Assembly: GCA_964016885.1 (NCBI GenBank)
Contig: OZ024740.1
Coordinates: 174,344,001-174,408,000, forward strand
Source of the DNA: Eledone cirrhosa
Taxonomy: Eukaryota
Length of the DNA: 64,000 nucleotides
Reading direction: 5' to 3'
Made by a program: the position numbers and the translations under genes. Shown piece by piece: positions 39,405 to 51,959 of the stretch. Every line of letters starts with the position of its first letter. Within the stretch, counting starts at the first letter, position 1. Below the pieces are notes generated by a model. It had not been told where the DNA came from. It did not search any database and saw only the letters and a list, made by a program, of their open reading frames with translations.

Positions 39405-41915
39405 GGGCTTCTCAAGGGCATAGAAAACATAAAATGATCAATACGCGACCCAGGAGGGGTTTTAAGGTTAAATTCACATCAGAGTTCATTCTTCGCTTAA
39501 GTACATGTGTTCTTATTGCCGCAGAGCAGGGGAAGTAACTCCGGTCGGTGCTTGAATAATCTTGTCCCACTGGCTTTTTTACCCGTTCACATGATGGTGT
39601 TTTGCGTTATTATTTGTGGGTGCTGCTTTACTAATGCCGGTTCGAGCCGGGTCTAGGATGCATATTTAGTTCACAGATGTTTGTTTACACCGCCTTCCCA
39701 CCGGAGTGTTATGGTTTGGGCAGGGGGACGCAGTTTATAGTTTTCATGCCGCAGTGGGTTACCACCCGAAGTAAGACGTTTGCATTCGGTACTTACAGTT
39801 TATGACTGATTCGGCTCTGCTGTTTATGAGTTCGTGGGGGTGTTCTTATGATGTAGTAAAGCTCCATGAGGCAAAGCTCGCATTTCCTCTTGAAATTGTA
39901 GGGTGCAGCCCTACCGAAAATATCCCAGTGTGTGAAGAAGCTGATGCTGGCGTTTTTTAATGTAGTGACGTAATTGGCAAGTGACGTGGAGTGCCTTAGT
40001 TTTTTGTTCCTGAAAGAGTGGAGATGTGTTCTAAATCTCGCTTTGAACTGGCCAGAGGTGGCCCCTATATAGTGTTTAACTCTATTATGGCTAGTTATGG
40101 TGCACTTATAAATAACCTTATCAGTCAGGCAGTTTCCCCTGAGAGGGCAGCCTCCCCTGTCACGACAGTTGCATTTTCTGTCACGGTCGCTCCTAGTTCT
40201 CCTGAAGGAAAGCTATTACTATTGCTACCTATGTTGTTATCTATGTCTCTATCTCGGTCATTGATATTGTTATATCTCGAGGCGTGCGGGGTAGTACCAT
40301 TATCCCTCCGCACGCCGCAGCCCGTTCCGTTGCCGGTGGGTGACCCGTGCGGGTCACCAGCATATTCACCGGTCTCGCCTTGTTTATGTCGGTTTCGTCT
40401 GTCGGCGCTGCCACCAACACTATTGGGTGCTGTTAGGGAGACGTTAAGGCTATTAGTGTTGCTGTCGGGTCTAGATGTATCTGTGCTAAGGTGCCGTGTT
40501 TGGGTGATCTTACTGTGATTAGTTGCTCTTATGATGTCTGCTAGATTGGGGGTGGTAGAGAAGGATTTTTGATATTGTTCCTCTTACGTATTTATGATTG
40601 GGTGGGAAATTCTTCTCTAAGGCTTCGAAGAATATCCTCGGTAGGTCGGAGGCCACACTCCGAGAGTGGGGGTGGGTGGGTGGAGTCATACGACATTACG
40701 GTGGTGTTTTCGTTTTACCGTGGCTTTGCTTGCTAGTTGACTGTACTTATGGTTGTTACTGTGCTGTAGCCGGTTATGCGTCCCATTCGCTTTATGCTCA
40801 GGTGGCCGCGCTTTCCTTCCGTTATTTTATGTGTGGCTAGACGCCGGTTGGAGAGCATTGGTAATAGGCCACCGCCGTTGCTAATCTTATAGTTAGGGAA
40901 TAATTCTAGTAGGCTACAGCGGGTGGCGTTACCAATCTGGTGACCCTTATTGTGCTGTAGGTTATCTTTGTCGCCACTCATGCAATTAACGGTGCGGCCA
41001 AGTTCCTTAGTGTGGTTCTCTATACTATAATTCTTGACTCTGTCATGGCTGCAGCGTACTCTGTTATAGGTATGGTTTACTATAACATTAGTCCTATGTT
41101 GGGGTTGATTTCTAGAGCTAGCGTTAAGGATGTAGGAGATTCTCCGGTTAAATTCGGCATTTAGTAAGGCCTTAATGTGGTATTCGGCCGCTTGGTTGAA
41201 GATATCCTCGCTGGCGGAGAGCCTCGAGATCCTATGGGATATGCTATACACTATGGAGTTGAGAGTAGACTTAGGGTGGTTAGATGCATAGTTTATATAA
41301 GACAGAATCTCGCCGGGCTTATGGTATGGCTTGTATAGGCCCCTGCTTAACTCCAAGGTTACGTTCAGGAAGTTGACTATCTGGTGGTTGAGGTCCATAG
41401 TCACGGATAGGCCGTATGTCTTGAAGAACCTGTGTATATGCTTGTTAAGGTTCTCTATCCTGCGGGGGCTATGGTTTCTAACCGTAAATAGGGCATCTTC
41501 CCTATATACCGCTCCCTGTAGGGCCGGTACTTCGTCCCTAAGTCTATGGAGTAGGTATATACCGACCAGGTCGGTCACTTGCGAGTCACTGGACCCCATC
41601 GTGATATCGAAGTTATATAAGGGCGGTTGGTTCTGACCCAGTAGGAGCCTTCGAACTGGATAATAGTTCTACGCGCTGCGAGCACTATATCTATCTCTTT
41701 TTTAGTGAGGCTAGTATTAGACTTAGCTAAGATAAGTGCTTTATTTAGGAGTATGGGGAAGATCGAGGCGTAGTAGCTGTCTATGTCAAATTGGATGAAC
41801 TTGAGAGTTGCTTTATCGGGCAACTCAGTGAACCAATTAATGACCTGGTCGGGGTTGCTCCAGAGACAGACCTTTGCTTTGCTATTAAGTTCTAGTAGTA
41901 CTCTATCTAGGATCA
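39405..41915 (-). mobile_element. 5'-truncated Nematis-like Penelope element, degenerate
   Basis: FIQFDIDSYYASI, MGSSDSQVTDLVG, YREDAL, NFLNVTL, SNHP and the GIY-YIG C-terminus. Its 3' end matches 18601-19195. Confidence 0.88.
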
Positions 41916-42109
41916 CTTTGTATTCATTTCTTTTGTAACCGCTCTGCTTATTTTCTCGCCCACTAAATATTAACGCTTCTAATATTTAACCATGTAGGCA
42001 CAAGTATTGAGCACATTTGCACAAAATATTGGCATCTAAATATATGTATCGCTTATCTTTCCTTCTTTCTCTCTCTGGATATGTAAATATTCTATATATA
42101 CATATATAA

Positions 42110-43314
<1,205 letters not shown>

Positions 43315-43345
43315 ATCAAAAGATGGTTAAAAGAGTTCCATGTAT

Positions 43346-43410
43346 TTTATTATGCGCATTTCAAAAACAAATATCATCATGCAATAACATTTGTGTTTTC
43401 ATCAGATAAA
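43346..43410 (-). ncRNA. Type I hammerhead motif
   Basis: Reverse complement: tttat CTGATGA aaac acaaatg..tatttgt tttt GAAA tgcgca TA ataaa. Confidence 0.75.
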
Positions 43411-43836
43411 ATAGGAAGACATGATATGAAGGTTAAAAACACTTGTGGATAGTGCAGTTTTAAATCAACATATGAAAAGTAGTTTTAGATTGATGTGTGA
43501 TATTGGGGAAAAAAATTTTTGAGGGGGGGGGGGGGATGAAAAAGAGGAGGAGATGAGAGTAAAAAGTGGAGGGGGAGGAGTATAATGAGGAAGGATGAGA
43601 TAGGAGGAGAGATGGGTGATAGAGAGAGAGAGATAGCTTTTATAACTGAGAAAAATATATTGTTTTACATAGAGAGGTTGAAAAACCGTTGGAAGATAAT
43701 GTATAAATTAAAAGAATTTGAAAATTAACGAAGAGAAAAATAATGTAAAGTTAAGGTTTGTATATTGAAGGGTTTAATAATATGTGCGATGAAAAGAAAT
43801 TGTTAATATGTATTAAGAATAATATTTAAGGGTTTA

Positions 43837-46796
43837 CATAGACAGGGTCCCGGATACTGGAAGCTGAATGTGTCGTTGCCGGCACGTAAAGCTTACAGTG
43901 AACGGATAAGTAAACTAGTCAAGCAACAGTTAACGGGAGCCATCGTCAACAATAGATGGTGGTACTCTCTCAAGAAAGCAATTAGAATAGAATCGATAGG
44001 GTATAGCAGAGAGTTAGCCTTAGAGAAAAACAGAATAGAAAGAGAACTAGTAGCCAAGGTAGAGGAGGCACTTAGAAGTGGCAACGCGGCTAGAGTGTTA
44101 GCGTCGAGAACGGCACTGGACCAGTTCTTCGATGCGAAACACGAAGGCTGCGTGGTCAGAAGCAAAACACGTGCTCTAGGAAACGAAGGAGCGAAAGCTG
44201 TCAGCTGGGCCCGAGTGGCGGAGGCAAAAAGTGGCAACAAGTCCACGATTCGGTCTTTGAAAGACCAAAACGGACGCGTGCTACTTGACCCCAAGCAAAT
44301 GTGCGCGGCCTTTCAGCGGCACTTTGCGCGACTGTTTGAGCAGAACGACGGTGAGCCGAACAGGGCAATGGACTTTAGTTCATACCTCGACGGCCTGCCG
44401 CGTCTCTCGAACACGGACGCCGAGTTCTGCGAAAGACCGATCACGGACACTGAGATACGGGACGCTCTGGGCCGCTGCGGGAAACGCAAGTCACCCGGTC
44501 TAGATGGTCTACCCTACGAATTTTACATAGGCATGCCGGACTTGTTCTCTGGCGTCCTGGAAGCCGTCTACTGCAATTGGCAGCAGAACGGGAGAATTCC
44601 CAGTTCTGCAGGCAAGGGCGTAGTAACGCTGATCAGGAAAGACGAGAACAAGGGGGACGAAATTAACAACTTCAGGCCCATAACTCTGCTCAACACAGAG
44701 TTAAAGATTTTGGCCAAGGTGCTAGCGACGAGGTTGGCGCTTGTCGTCGAGAACCTGGTAGGGAAAGCGCAAACGTGTGCAATCCCGACCAGGTCCATAC
44801 ACGACAACCTCCACCTCATGCGATACATCATAGAGAGGGTGGGTAGTAAACCCGGCTTCGGTGGGGCTCTGATCAACTTGGATCAGTCTAAGGCATTCGA
44901 TAGGGTCGACCATCGATACTTGGAAGCGGTTCTCAAGGCGGCCGGTTTCGGTCCCGTGTTCAGAGGATGGATCGAGGCGATGCACACCAGCATCTGCTCG
45001 AGGGTCAAGGTGAACGGCTACTTATCGGAGCCGTTCGCAATCACGCGTTCCATTCGACAGGGATGCCCTCTCTCCTCCATTCTGTATGTATTGACTCTAG
45101 AGCCACTACTGCGGAAATTGGAGCTGTTGCAGGGCATCCCCCTAGAACCGGGACTGCGCAAAGCGGCGTCGGCTTATGCCGACGACGTGACAGTAATGGT
45201 GTCGAGCACCTCGGAAATCGGGGTGATCGGCAACATACTGAAAGAATACGAAACGCTGACGGGAGCAAAACTAAACCCAGACAAGTCTGTCGGTTTGCAA
45301 CTCGGTATGTGGAGAGGCAAACCGATGACATCCGACAGCGTCGTTGGACGCTGGACGGACGGACCGGTGAAATTGCTCGGGGTCTGGTTCGGTCCAGACC
45401 TCCATGTGGAGAAAAACTGGAACGAGGTCACGGCCAAGGTGTTTGCACTCACTCAGAAGTGGGCAGAGTGCAAACTGTCCTTGAAAGGTCGAGCGGAGGT
45501 GGCGAACACTTTCATAGCGTCCGTCATCTACTACCGCTTGACTGTCGTTCCTTGTCCCCGTGAACACCTCGCCAAGATGGAACGCATGCTCTTCCAGTTT
45601 CTGTGGAAGAAGCAGGCTCCGCTGGTGAGGAGATCCGTCTGCTGTCAGCACCCTTCCAACGGAGGGCTGGGAATGCCGTGGCTGATGATGCGCAAACATG
45701 CGCTGAGGCTGCGGCATCTCCAGGTATTCCTCACCGACCCCCAACCGGTGTGGGCACCGTTTGTGAGACAGGCTTTCCCACAGCTCGTCTCGCTAACGGA
45801 GCTGCAGTCCTGGGTGAAGAAAAGACCGAAAACGATGGGCGCCTGGCACATTGAATGCGCTCAGGCGCTCACAGTCCTCTGGCAAGCGGGCGCAGCAATC
45901 AGTGGATACTCCACTTCGACATTCTATAGAGGGATTGTACGTTACAAGAGCGACGACGTGCTCGGAGAGACTCTGGGCGTCGAAGACGATGAGCTCACCA
46001 GTATGTTTGGTAGGACTTTCCGCCCGGGACCTATGGACAACTTCCAGAGGTCCCTGGCCTGGCAGTGCTACCGAGGAGCTCTACCGGTTCGTGACAAGAT
46101 CTACAGGCACGGACGCCCTGGCAGGGATCCTTCCAAGAGGACGTGTCCAAGATGTGCGCAGGACATTGAAACAGTTCTGCACGCAATTGTACACTGCCCG
46201 GGCGTAAGCGACCTGTGGAACTATGCAGAACAACTGCTGTCGCGTATGGGACAAATACAGTTGACTGCCGAATCCATAGTAAGGATCAAACCGCCAGACT
46301 CTTTCAAAAACGAAAGAGAGGCGGTTTTCCTCTGTACGGTGGCTATGGTGAAAGAAGTTATATGGTGGACGAGGTTGAGAGGACTGAGGACAGATGCCTT
46401 TCTCTCCGGACAACAATTGATTCCATTCTTTAAGTATCACTTTAGAAGGAGAATCAGGGTGGAGAGAGAGGCACTGCACCCCAGTAAATTTACTGAAAGG
46501 TGGGTGAATGAAGCGAAAATGGCCCGAGTGATTGGGCCTTCTCTGTTTATAAGCCTGTAGGTTGAGGAAGAGAGCAAAAGGAAGAAGGGAGCACTTGCAC
46601 AACACGCTCCTTGAGTTGAGGGTTGTTCTATCGACGGGGTATTAAACAACCCATTTGTGGCGCCTCCCCCCTATTGGGGATTTCGATTGTTGAAATTGTT
46701 TGTTTTTATATTTTTTACACGACTGTATGTAAAATCCCCGGCATGTCTTTGTATTGTCCCCTTTCTTGTTGCGCCCTTGTGGCTAATAAAGAAATC
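43837..46796 (+). mobile_element. Young 5'-truncated L1/Tx1 LINE with 16-bp TSD
   Basis: TSD aatatttaagggttta at 43821-43836 and 46797-46812. The element ends ggctaataaagaaatc. Confidence 0.95.
43870..46560 (+). CDS. LINE ORF2 lacking the APE domain: uninterrupted RT and zf-RVT (896 aa)
   Basis: SPGLDG, FRPITLLN, LDQSKAFDRV, IRQGCPLS, YADD and CPRC..ET..HA..HC. The frame is open from the 5' junction at 43837 and there is no native start. Confidence 0.9.
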   Translation: MSLPARKAYSERISKLVKQQLTGAIVNNRWWYSLKKAIRIESIGYSRELALEKNRIERELVAKVEEALRSGNAARVLASRTALDQFFDAKHEGCVVRSKTRALGNEGAKAVSWARVAEAKSGNKSTIRSLKDQNGRVLLDPKQMCAAFQRHFARLFEQNDGEPNRAMDFSSYLDGLPRLSNTDAEFCERPITDTEIRDALGRCGKRKSPGLDGLPYEFYIGMPDLFSGVLEAVYCNWQQNGRIPSSAGKGVVTLIRKDENKGDEINNFRPITLLNTELKILAKVLATRLALVVENLVGKAQTCAIPTRSIHDNLHLMRYIIERVGSKPGFGGALINLDQSKAFDRVDHRYLEAVLKAAGFGPVFRGWIEAMHTSICSRVKVNGYLSEPFAITRSIRQGCPLSSILYVLTLEPLLRKLELLQGIPLEPGLRKAASAYADDVTVMVSSTSEIGVIGNILKEYETLTGAKLNPDKSVGLQLGMWRGKPMTSDSVVGRWTDGPVKLLGVWFGPDLHVEKNWNEVTAKVFALTQKWAECKLSLKGRAEVANTFIASVIYYRLTVVPCPREHLAKMERMLFQFLWKKQAPLVRRSVCCQHPSNGGLGMPWLMMRKHALRLRHLQVFLTDPQPVWAPFVRQAFPQLVSLTELQSWVKKRPKTMGAWHIECAQALTVLWQAGAAISGYSTSTFYRGIVRYKSDDVLGETLGVEDDELTSMFGRTFRPGPMDNFQRSLAWQCYRGALPVRDKIYRHGRPGRDPSKRTCPRCAQDIETVLHAIVHCPGVSDLWNYAEQLLSRMGQIQLTAESIVRIKPPDSFKNEREAVFLCTVAMVKEVIWWTRLRGLRTDAFLSGQQLIPFFKYHFRRRIRVEREALHPSKFTERWVNEAKMARVIGPSLFISL

Positions 46797-47205
46797 AATA
46801 TTTAAGGGTTTAATAATATGTGCGATGGAAAGAAAATGTTGATATGTATTATTAAAAAAACAAAAGTAATGTAAGGATGGATATATTGTGAGATGAGCAT
46901 GAGTAAGTTAGATGAAAGGGAGAAAAAATAATGAATAGAGGATGAATAATCTAACGTCAAAAAAATGTTTATGTTTACGAAGGATTTTTTCAAGGTGATA
47001 TAAAGTAAGAATATATTAGATTGTGTAATAATTGTTTCTATGTTAGGCACAGTGAGAAAAGGTACAGATTAGGGGTTAGAAATTAAAAGAAAAAGAAAAG
47101 AAAAGGAAAAGGAAGAAAGGGAAGTGATAAATAGGAGTGATATAGAATGAGTAACAAGTATTATATAATGTATAATAAATAACATCGCACATATTATTAA
47201 ACCCT

Positions 47206-47638
47206 TGCTTTGGATATGATTAATTATTGGTCGTTAGACATGCTCAACCAGCCGTGACGCTTAAACCAATCAGCTTTAGTAATTCAGTGAAACTACACAC
47301 TGATTGGTCGAAATACAGTTTGCAGGGCTTAGCATTCTGGTGCCACTTTTCCATGTATAAAATGTATAAAAGGTAGGAAATTTACCCATCTTATTACAGT
47401 TGAAAATTGCAAACTTGACTGTCACCACATATTATGAACCTGAAGATTGCGAAAGCATGAACGTACTTGTTCAATTAACACTTAGAATTTAATATTCTAT
47501 CATACTATTTCATTATAATACCATTATAAATTTTAAAGGATTGTAAATAAAACGAGTAAATCAGACAAAGTTGGAATTCCTCTTATTAATATAATCTTCT
47601 ATACACAATCATACACACCCGTGTATATTTACCTATCT
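47206..47638 (+). repeat. 5' pseudo-LTR
   Basis: Near-identical to 51467-51899. Confidence 0.92.
47435..47473 (+). ncRNA. Minimal hammerhead in the 5' pLTR (GAAA mutated to GAAC)
   Basis: tgaac CTGAAGA t tgc-gaaa-gca t GAAC gtac TT gttca. Confidence 0.65.
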
Positions 47639-47675
47639 ATATATATATATATATTCCTATTGTGTATATTCCAAC

Positions 47676-49025
47676 ATGTCTGGAAAGCAACAAATGAAAT
47701 CAACAGAATCAGAAAGAATTCTAAAGGAGATATCATCGAAATTATCAACACTTATCACGATGATGGACACACAATCGTCTATTTTAAAGGAAATAGAAAA
47801 AGAATCTACAGACGGAAAACTTATAACTGAACATATAAACTCTAAAATTAAGAATTTAGCTGAAATTATACCAACAGTTATCAAAGATACAAGAGAAAGC
47901 CTACCACAACCCCCTTGGATTTCAGAAATAAACGAAAGAAATTTGGAAAACAAAACACACCGAATAAGAAAAGAAATGTGTAAGACATGGAAAAAATTCC
48001 TTAACATAAGAAAACAAAATTTCTGGAAAGCATACAGATGCGAAAAATATGTCGAAACACATTCGAAATGGCTCTCTCTAACGGCACCCATACTCCCTCG
48101 TAAATACCTAATTACAGAAATTGCAGGAGAACCAGAAGAAGAAACAAAACTCCGATGGGAACTTACATTGACAAAATTCAGGACCGACATCTCCATTTCT
48201 GAATGTAAACAATCCCGCTACAAAGCCAAATAAGAAGCTATTGATGACCAAATTGAAGTTGAAATTTCAAAACTAACGACTGGTATTATAGCTGAAAAAC
48301 TACGAGAACTATGGATCAGAGATATCTCAAAAGAAGAAAACAAATCAAGAAAGGTATGGCAGCAGAAACAATTATTTCTCGACGAATATGCTGCAAATTA
48401 CGGTAAAGACTCTGGAACCCTGAGAAAAAGCATTAAAAGTGGACAATCTCATCAACACAACATACGCCAGAACACGTGCCAACACAAACACTCACCTTAC
48501 CTTAAATCAAAGAAGAACTACGGTAATAACTCTTCGCTTTTTCTACAAAAACACCCTATCGCACACAACATGAACAAAAAGCACAAACACGATAGATATT
48601 CCTTTGACCAGACCATGAGAAGTAGTAAAACCAGGAGATCATTCTCAAGATCTCAACAGAGACTACCAACAAGGAATGTGGAAACAAAACGTAGAATAAC
48701 CAGATCACTCTCAAGATCTCAACAGAGATTGCCCACAAGAAACTGGTCGAAAAGACGATCTAAACCTGAAAGCAAACCTAGGTCATTTCCCCAGATTGTT
48801 AAAAATAATGCTAACAGGAAGAAAAATAATATACAGAATACCAAAAATAGGACAAAATACATAACGAAACCAAATATAATATCACGACCAAAAGTTCATC
48901 AAGCGAACACCAACAGGAATATAAATCCTGAACAGAGAACAATCCATTTTTTAACGTCAGGACAACAAAAACCGGAAAAAGAAAAACTCCAGGAGGAAAC
49001 ATACCCAAAACAACTGTACACGTAG
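47676..49025 (+). pseudogene. PLE upstream ORF1 (helical/coiled-coil-like N-terminus, basic RS-rich C-terminus), one in-frame TAA at 48231
   Basis: ORFs 47676-48233 and 48570-49025 are in the same frame and the intervening codons are open. Confidence 0.7.
48947..48953 (+). promoter_or_regulatory. Putative -1 ribosomal frameshift heptamer T_TTT_TTA
   Basis: Correctly phased in the ORF1 frame. The -1 frame opens at 48932 and continues into the RT ORF. Confidence 0.65.
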
Positions 49026-51259
49026 ATCCTAAAATAATTAATTTATCTAAAAGAGATCTTGACAATGATGAAATGCAAATTCTGTCAAAAGGACTGAAAT
49101 TCACACCGACTCCAACAGTCAACCACCAAGAACTGAAGGAGGATACCCAAGAATTCTGTCGAAAATTACGTCTTGTAGAATTCTTCGCTGATAAAAGTAA
49201 TGAGAGTGATGAATCACTAGTAAAGAATAAATCAAATTTCACTCCGCCAAAAGGAAGAAATATCTATCTCGACCAATACATTGACATCCTGTCTAAATTT
49301 CCTCTTAGACATAATACTAATGTTAGGCCAAACATTAACAAATCAGAAATGTCTGCACTTAAACGTATACAAAATGATAAAACAATAATAATTAAACAAG
49401 CAGATAAAGGGGGTGCAGTTGTTATAATGGATACTGAATACTACAAGGATTTGGTTGAGGAACAACTGAAAGACACAACATTCTATCATGAAATACCGTC
49501 AAATATAGACCACAACATCATGAAGAAGATCAACAACCTGGCTTCAAAATACCACAACTCATTTACTGATAAGGAAAGAGACTACATCACCAATTTTGAG
49601 CCGAAACCCAGCAACCTGTATGGCCTACCGAAAGTTCATAAGTCAAAAGAAATACAACTGGCAGTAAGAGAACAAAACAGTGAGTACATTAAATTATTAC
49701 ACCCAAAAGACTTAAAACTTAGACCTATTATAGCTGGTCCAACATGCTCCACCCACCGTCTAAGCAATTTTGTTGACATTATTTTGAAACCACTATGTAT
49801 TCACATACCCAGTTTCATCCGGGATGATATCGACTTCCTGTCCCATCTTCCCAAAACCGCGGAAACGAATTCACTTCTACTCAGTTTTGATGTGGTAAGC
49901 CTTTACACCAACATTACACATGATTTAAGAATAAAGGCGGTTAAATACTGGGTGGAAAAACATAGAGAAGTGATTCCCATCAGATTCACAGCGCCATTTA
50001 TATTAGACGCAGTTAAACTTATTCTGGAAAACAACACTTTCTTCTTCAATGGAAAGAATTACATCCAAATTAGAGGCACAGCGATGGGAACGAAGTTTGC
50101 TCCCGTTTACGCGAACTCTGTAATGGGATACTTAGAACAACAACTCTACCAAGAAATAGAGGAAAATTATAGTACTGACTTTAGAAAGTACATTGAAAAA
50201 TCTTGGAAGAGATACCTTGACGACTGTTTCATCATCTGGACAGAATCTCTAGATACTCTGGATGAGTTCAATATCCTCCTGAATAACCTACGCCCATCTC
50301 TCCAATTCACAAAAGAGATGAGTAGGACCAAATTACCATTCCTAGATATAATGATAATCAAAAACGACACCACCATTACCACGGATATATATTATAAACA
50401 CACAGACACCCATCAATATCTGAATTTTAAGTCGTGCCATCCACCTCATACAAAACGCAACATCCCATACTGCCTAGCCAGAAGAATTTGTACCATTGTA
50501 GAAGATACGAATACCAGGTACAAACGCCTAACAGAACTAAGAGAATTTTTGCTCAAACAAAAATAGCCATCTCTACTTATAGAAAATGGCATACAGCGGG
50601 CTATAAAAATACCTATACAACAACTTAGGACAACCCAAGGAAGAAGAAACCAAGAACTGGTCATACCATTTATAATGACACACAACCCATGTCACCAGAA
50701 TATCTTCAACACTGCCAAAGCAAACCTACCGATCATTGCTCAAAGTAATGAATTAAAAGGCTTAATCACAGATCGATCTTTGACTCTTAGTAAAAGACAG
50801 CCAAAAAATTTGAAGCAATTACTAACAAAAGCAAAGTTTGACCTTAACAACAAAGACCAATCATTCACTGTATCTAAATGCAATGATAGTCGATGCGGCA
50901 CATGTCAATCCATACACGCCGGTCAATATATGAAAACAAAAACTGGAAAAATATTCCCAAATGCAAATATGAACTGCAAAAGCAGAAATCTAATTTACTG
51001 CATTAAATGCCCGAATTGTGAAGAACTATATGTCGGTCAAACTGGAAATGCACTATCGGAACGTGCACGGGTACACCGTCAACAAATCAGAGACCCAAAT
51101 GTCCGTCAGATACCCCTAAGTAACCATCTAGCAACATGCGGTCAGGGAATATTTATAATATTCCCATTCTACAAATTACACAGCCCAAGTGAAATTAAGA
51201 GAAAAATCAAAGAAAAGAATTTTATTTATAAATTCAAACCCAAGCTAAATGAACAATAA
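48947..51259 (+). pseudogene. PLE RT plus GIY-YIG endonuclease ORF, one in-frame TAG at 50564
   Basis: IINLS..L...E..LSKGLKFTP, ADKGGAVV, LYGLPKVHK, RPII, FDVVSLYTNI, GTAMGT, RYLDD, LPFLD, SCHP, LIYCIKCPNC...YVGQT and FKPKLN. Confidence 0.9.
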
Positions 51260-51306
51260 TAACGCTTAGCGGTATTACTTCTACTACCACTATGACTACG
51301 ACCACT

Positions 51307-51307
<1 letters not shown>

Positions 51308-51375
<68 letters not shown>

Positions 51376-51394
51376 AATAATAATAATAATAATA
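51308..51394. repeat. (AAC)n(AAT)n tract in the PLE 3' UTR
   Basis: Directly visible. Confidence 0.95.
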
Positions 51395-51466
51395 AAAGTG
51401 ATGTTGATGGTGATGATTAATAGAAAATGCTATTTTCATCATTTCTAAAAATAGCAAAACAATTGA

Positions 51467-51896
51467 TGCTTTGGATATGATTAATTATTGGTCTTTAGAT
51501 ATGCTCAACCAGCCGTGACGCTTAAACCAATCAGCTTTAGTAATTCAGTGAAACTACACACTGATTGGTCGAAATACAGTTTGCAGGGCTTAGCATTCTG
51601 GAGCCACTTTTCCCTGTATAAAATGTATAAAAGGTAGGAAATTTACCCATCTTATTACAGTTGAAAATTGCAAACTTGACTGTCACCACATATTATGAAC
51701 CTGAAGATTGCGAAAGCATGAAAGTACTTGTTCAATTAACACTTAGAATTTAATATTCTATCATACTATTTCATTATAATACCATTATAAATTTTAAAGG
51801 ATTGTAAATAAAACGAGTAAATAAGACAAAGTTGGAATTCCTCTTATTAATATAATCTTCTATACACAATCATACACACCCGTGTATATTTACCTA

Positions 51897-51899
<3 letters not shown>
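51467..51899 (+). repeat. 3' pseudo-LTR
   Basis: Near-identical to 47206-47638. Confidence 0.92.
51696..51734 (+). ncRNA. Minimal type I hammerhead in the 3' pLTR
   Basis: tgaac CTGAAGA t tgc-gaaa-gca t GAAA gtac TT gttca. Stem III is the palindrome aagtactt. Confidence 0.75.

Positions 51900-51957
<58 letters not shown>

Positions 51958-51959
<2 letters not shown>

Larger units (their letters stand above)
43313..47182 (-). mobile_element. 3' pLTR/UTR remnant of the 28.9-kb PLE family, interrupted by a LINE at 43837-46796
   Basis: 43313-43836 and 46813-47182 align with 28855-29830. Confidence 0.75.
47206..51899 (+). mobile_element. Near-intact Neptune-like Penelope element with direct pseudo-LTRs
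   Basis: ~433-bp direct repeats, ORF1, RT (YLDD), Cys linker (CNDSRCGTC) and GIY-YIG. The 3' end abuts (TC)n(TA)n. Confidence 0.92.

Noticed and set aside
47676-51259. Selenocysteine recoding as in Naiad PLEs
   Set aside because: The in-frame stops are TAA and TAG rather than TGA, and the endonuclease is C-terminal.
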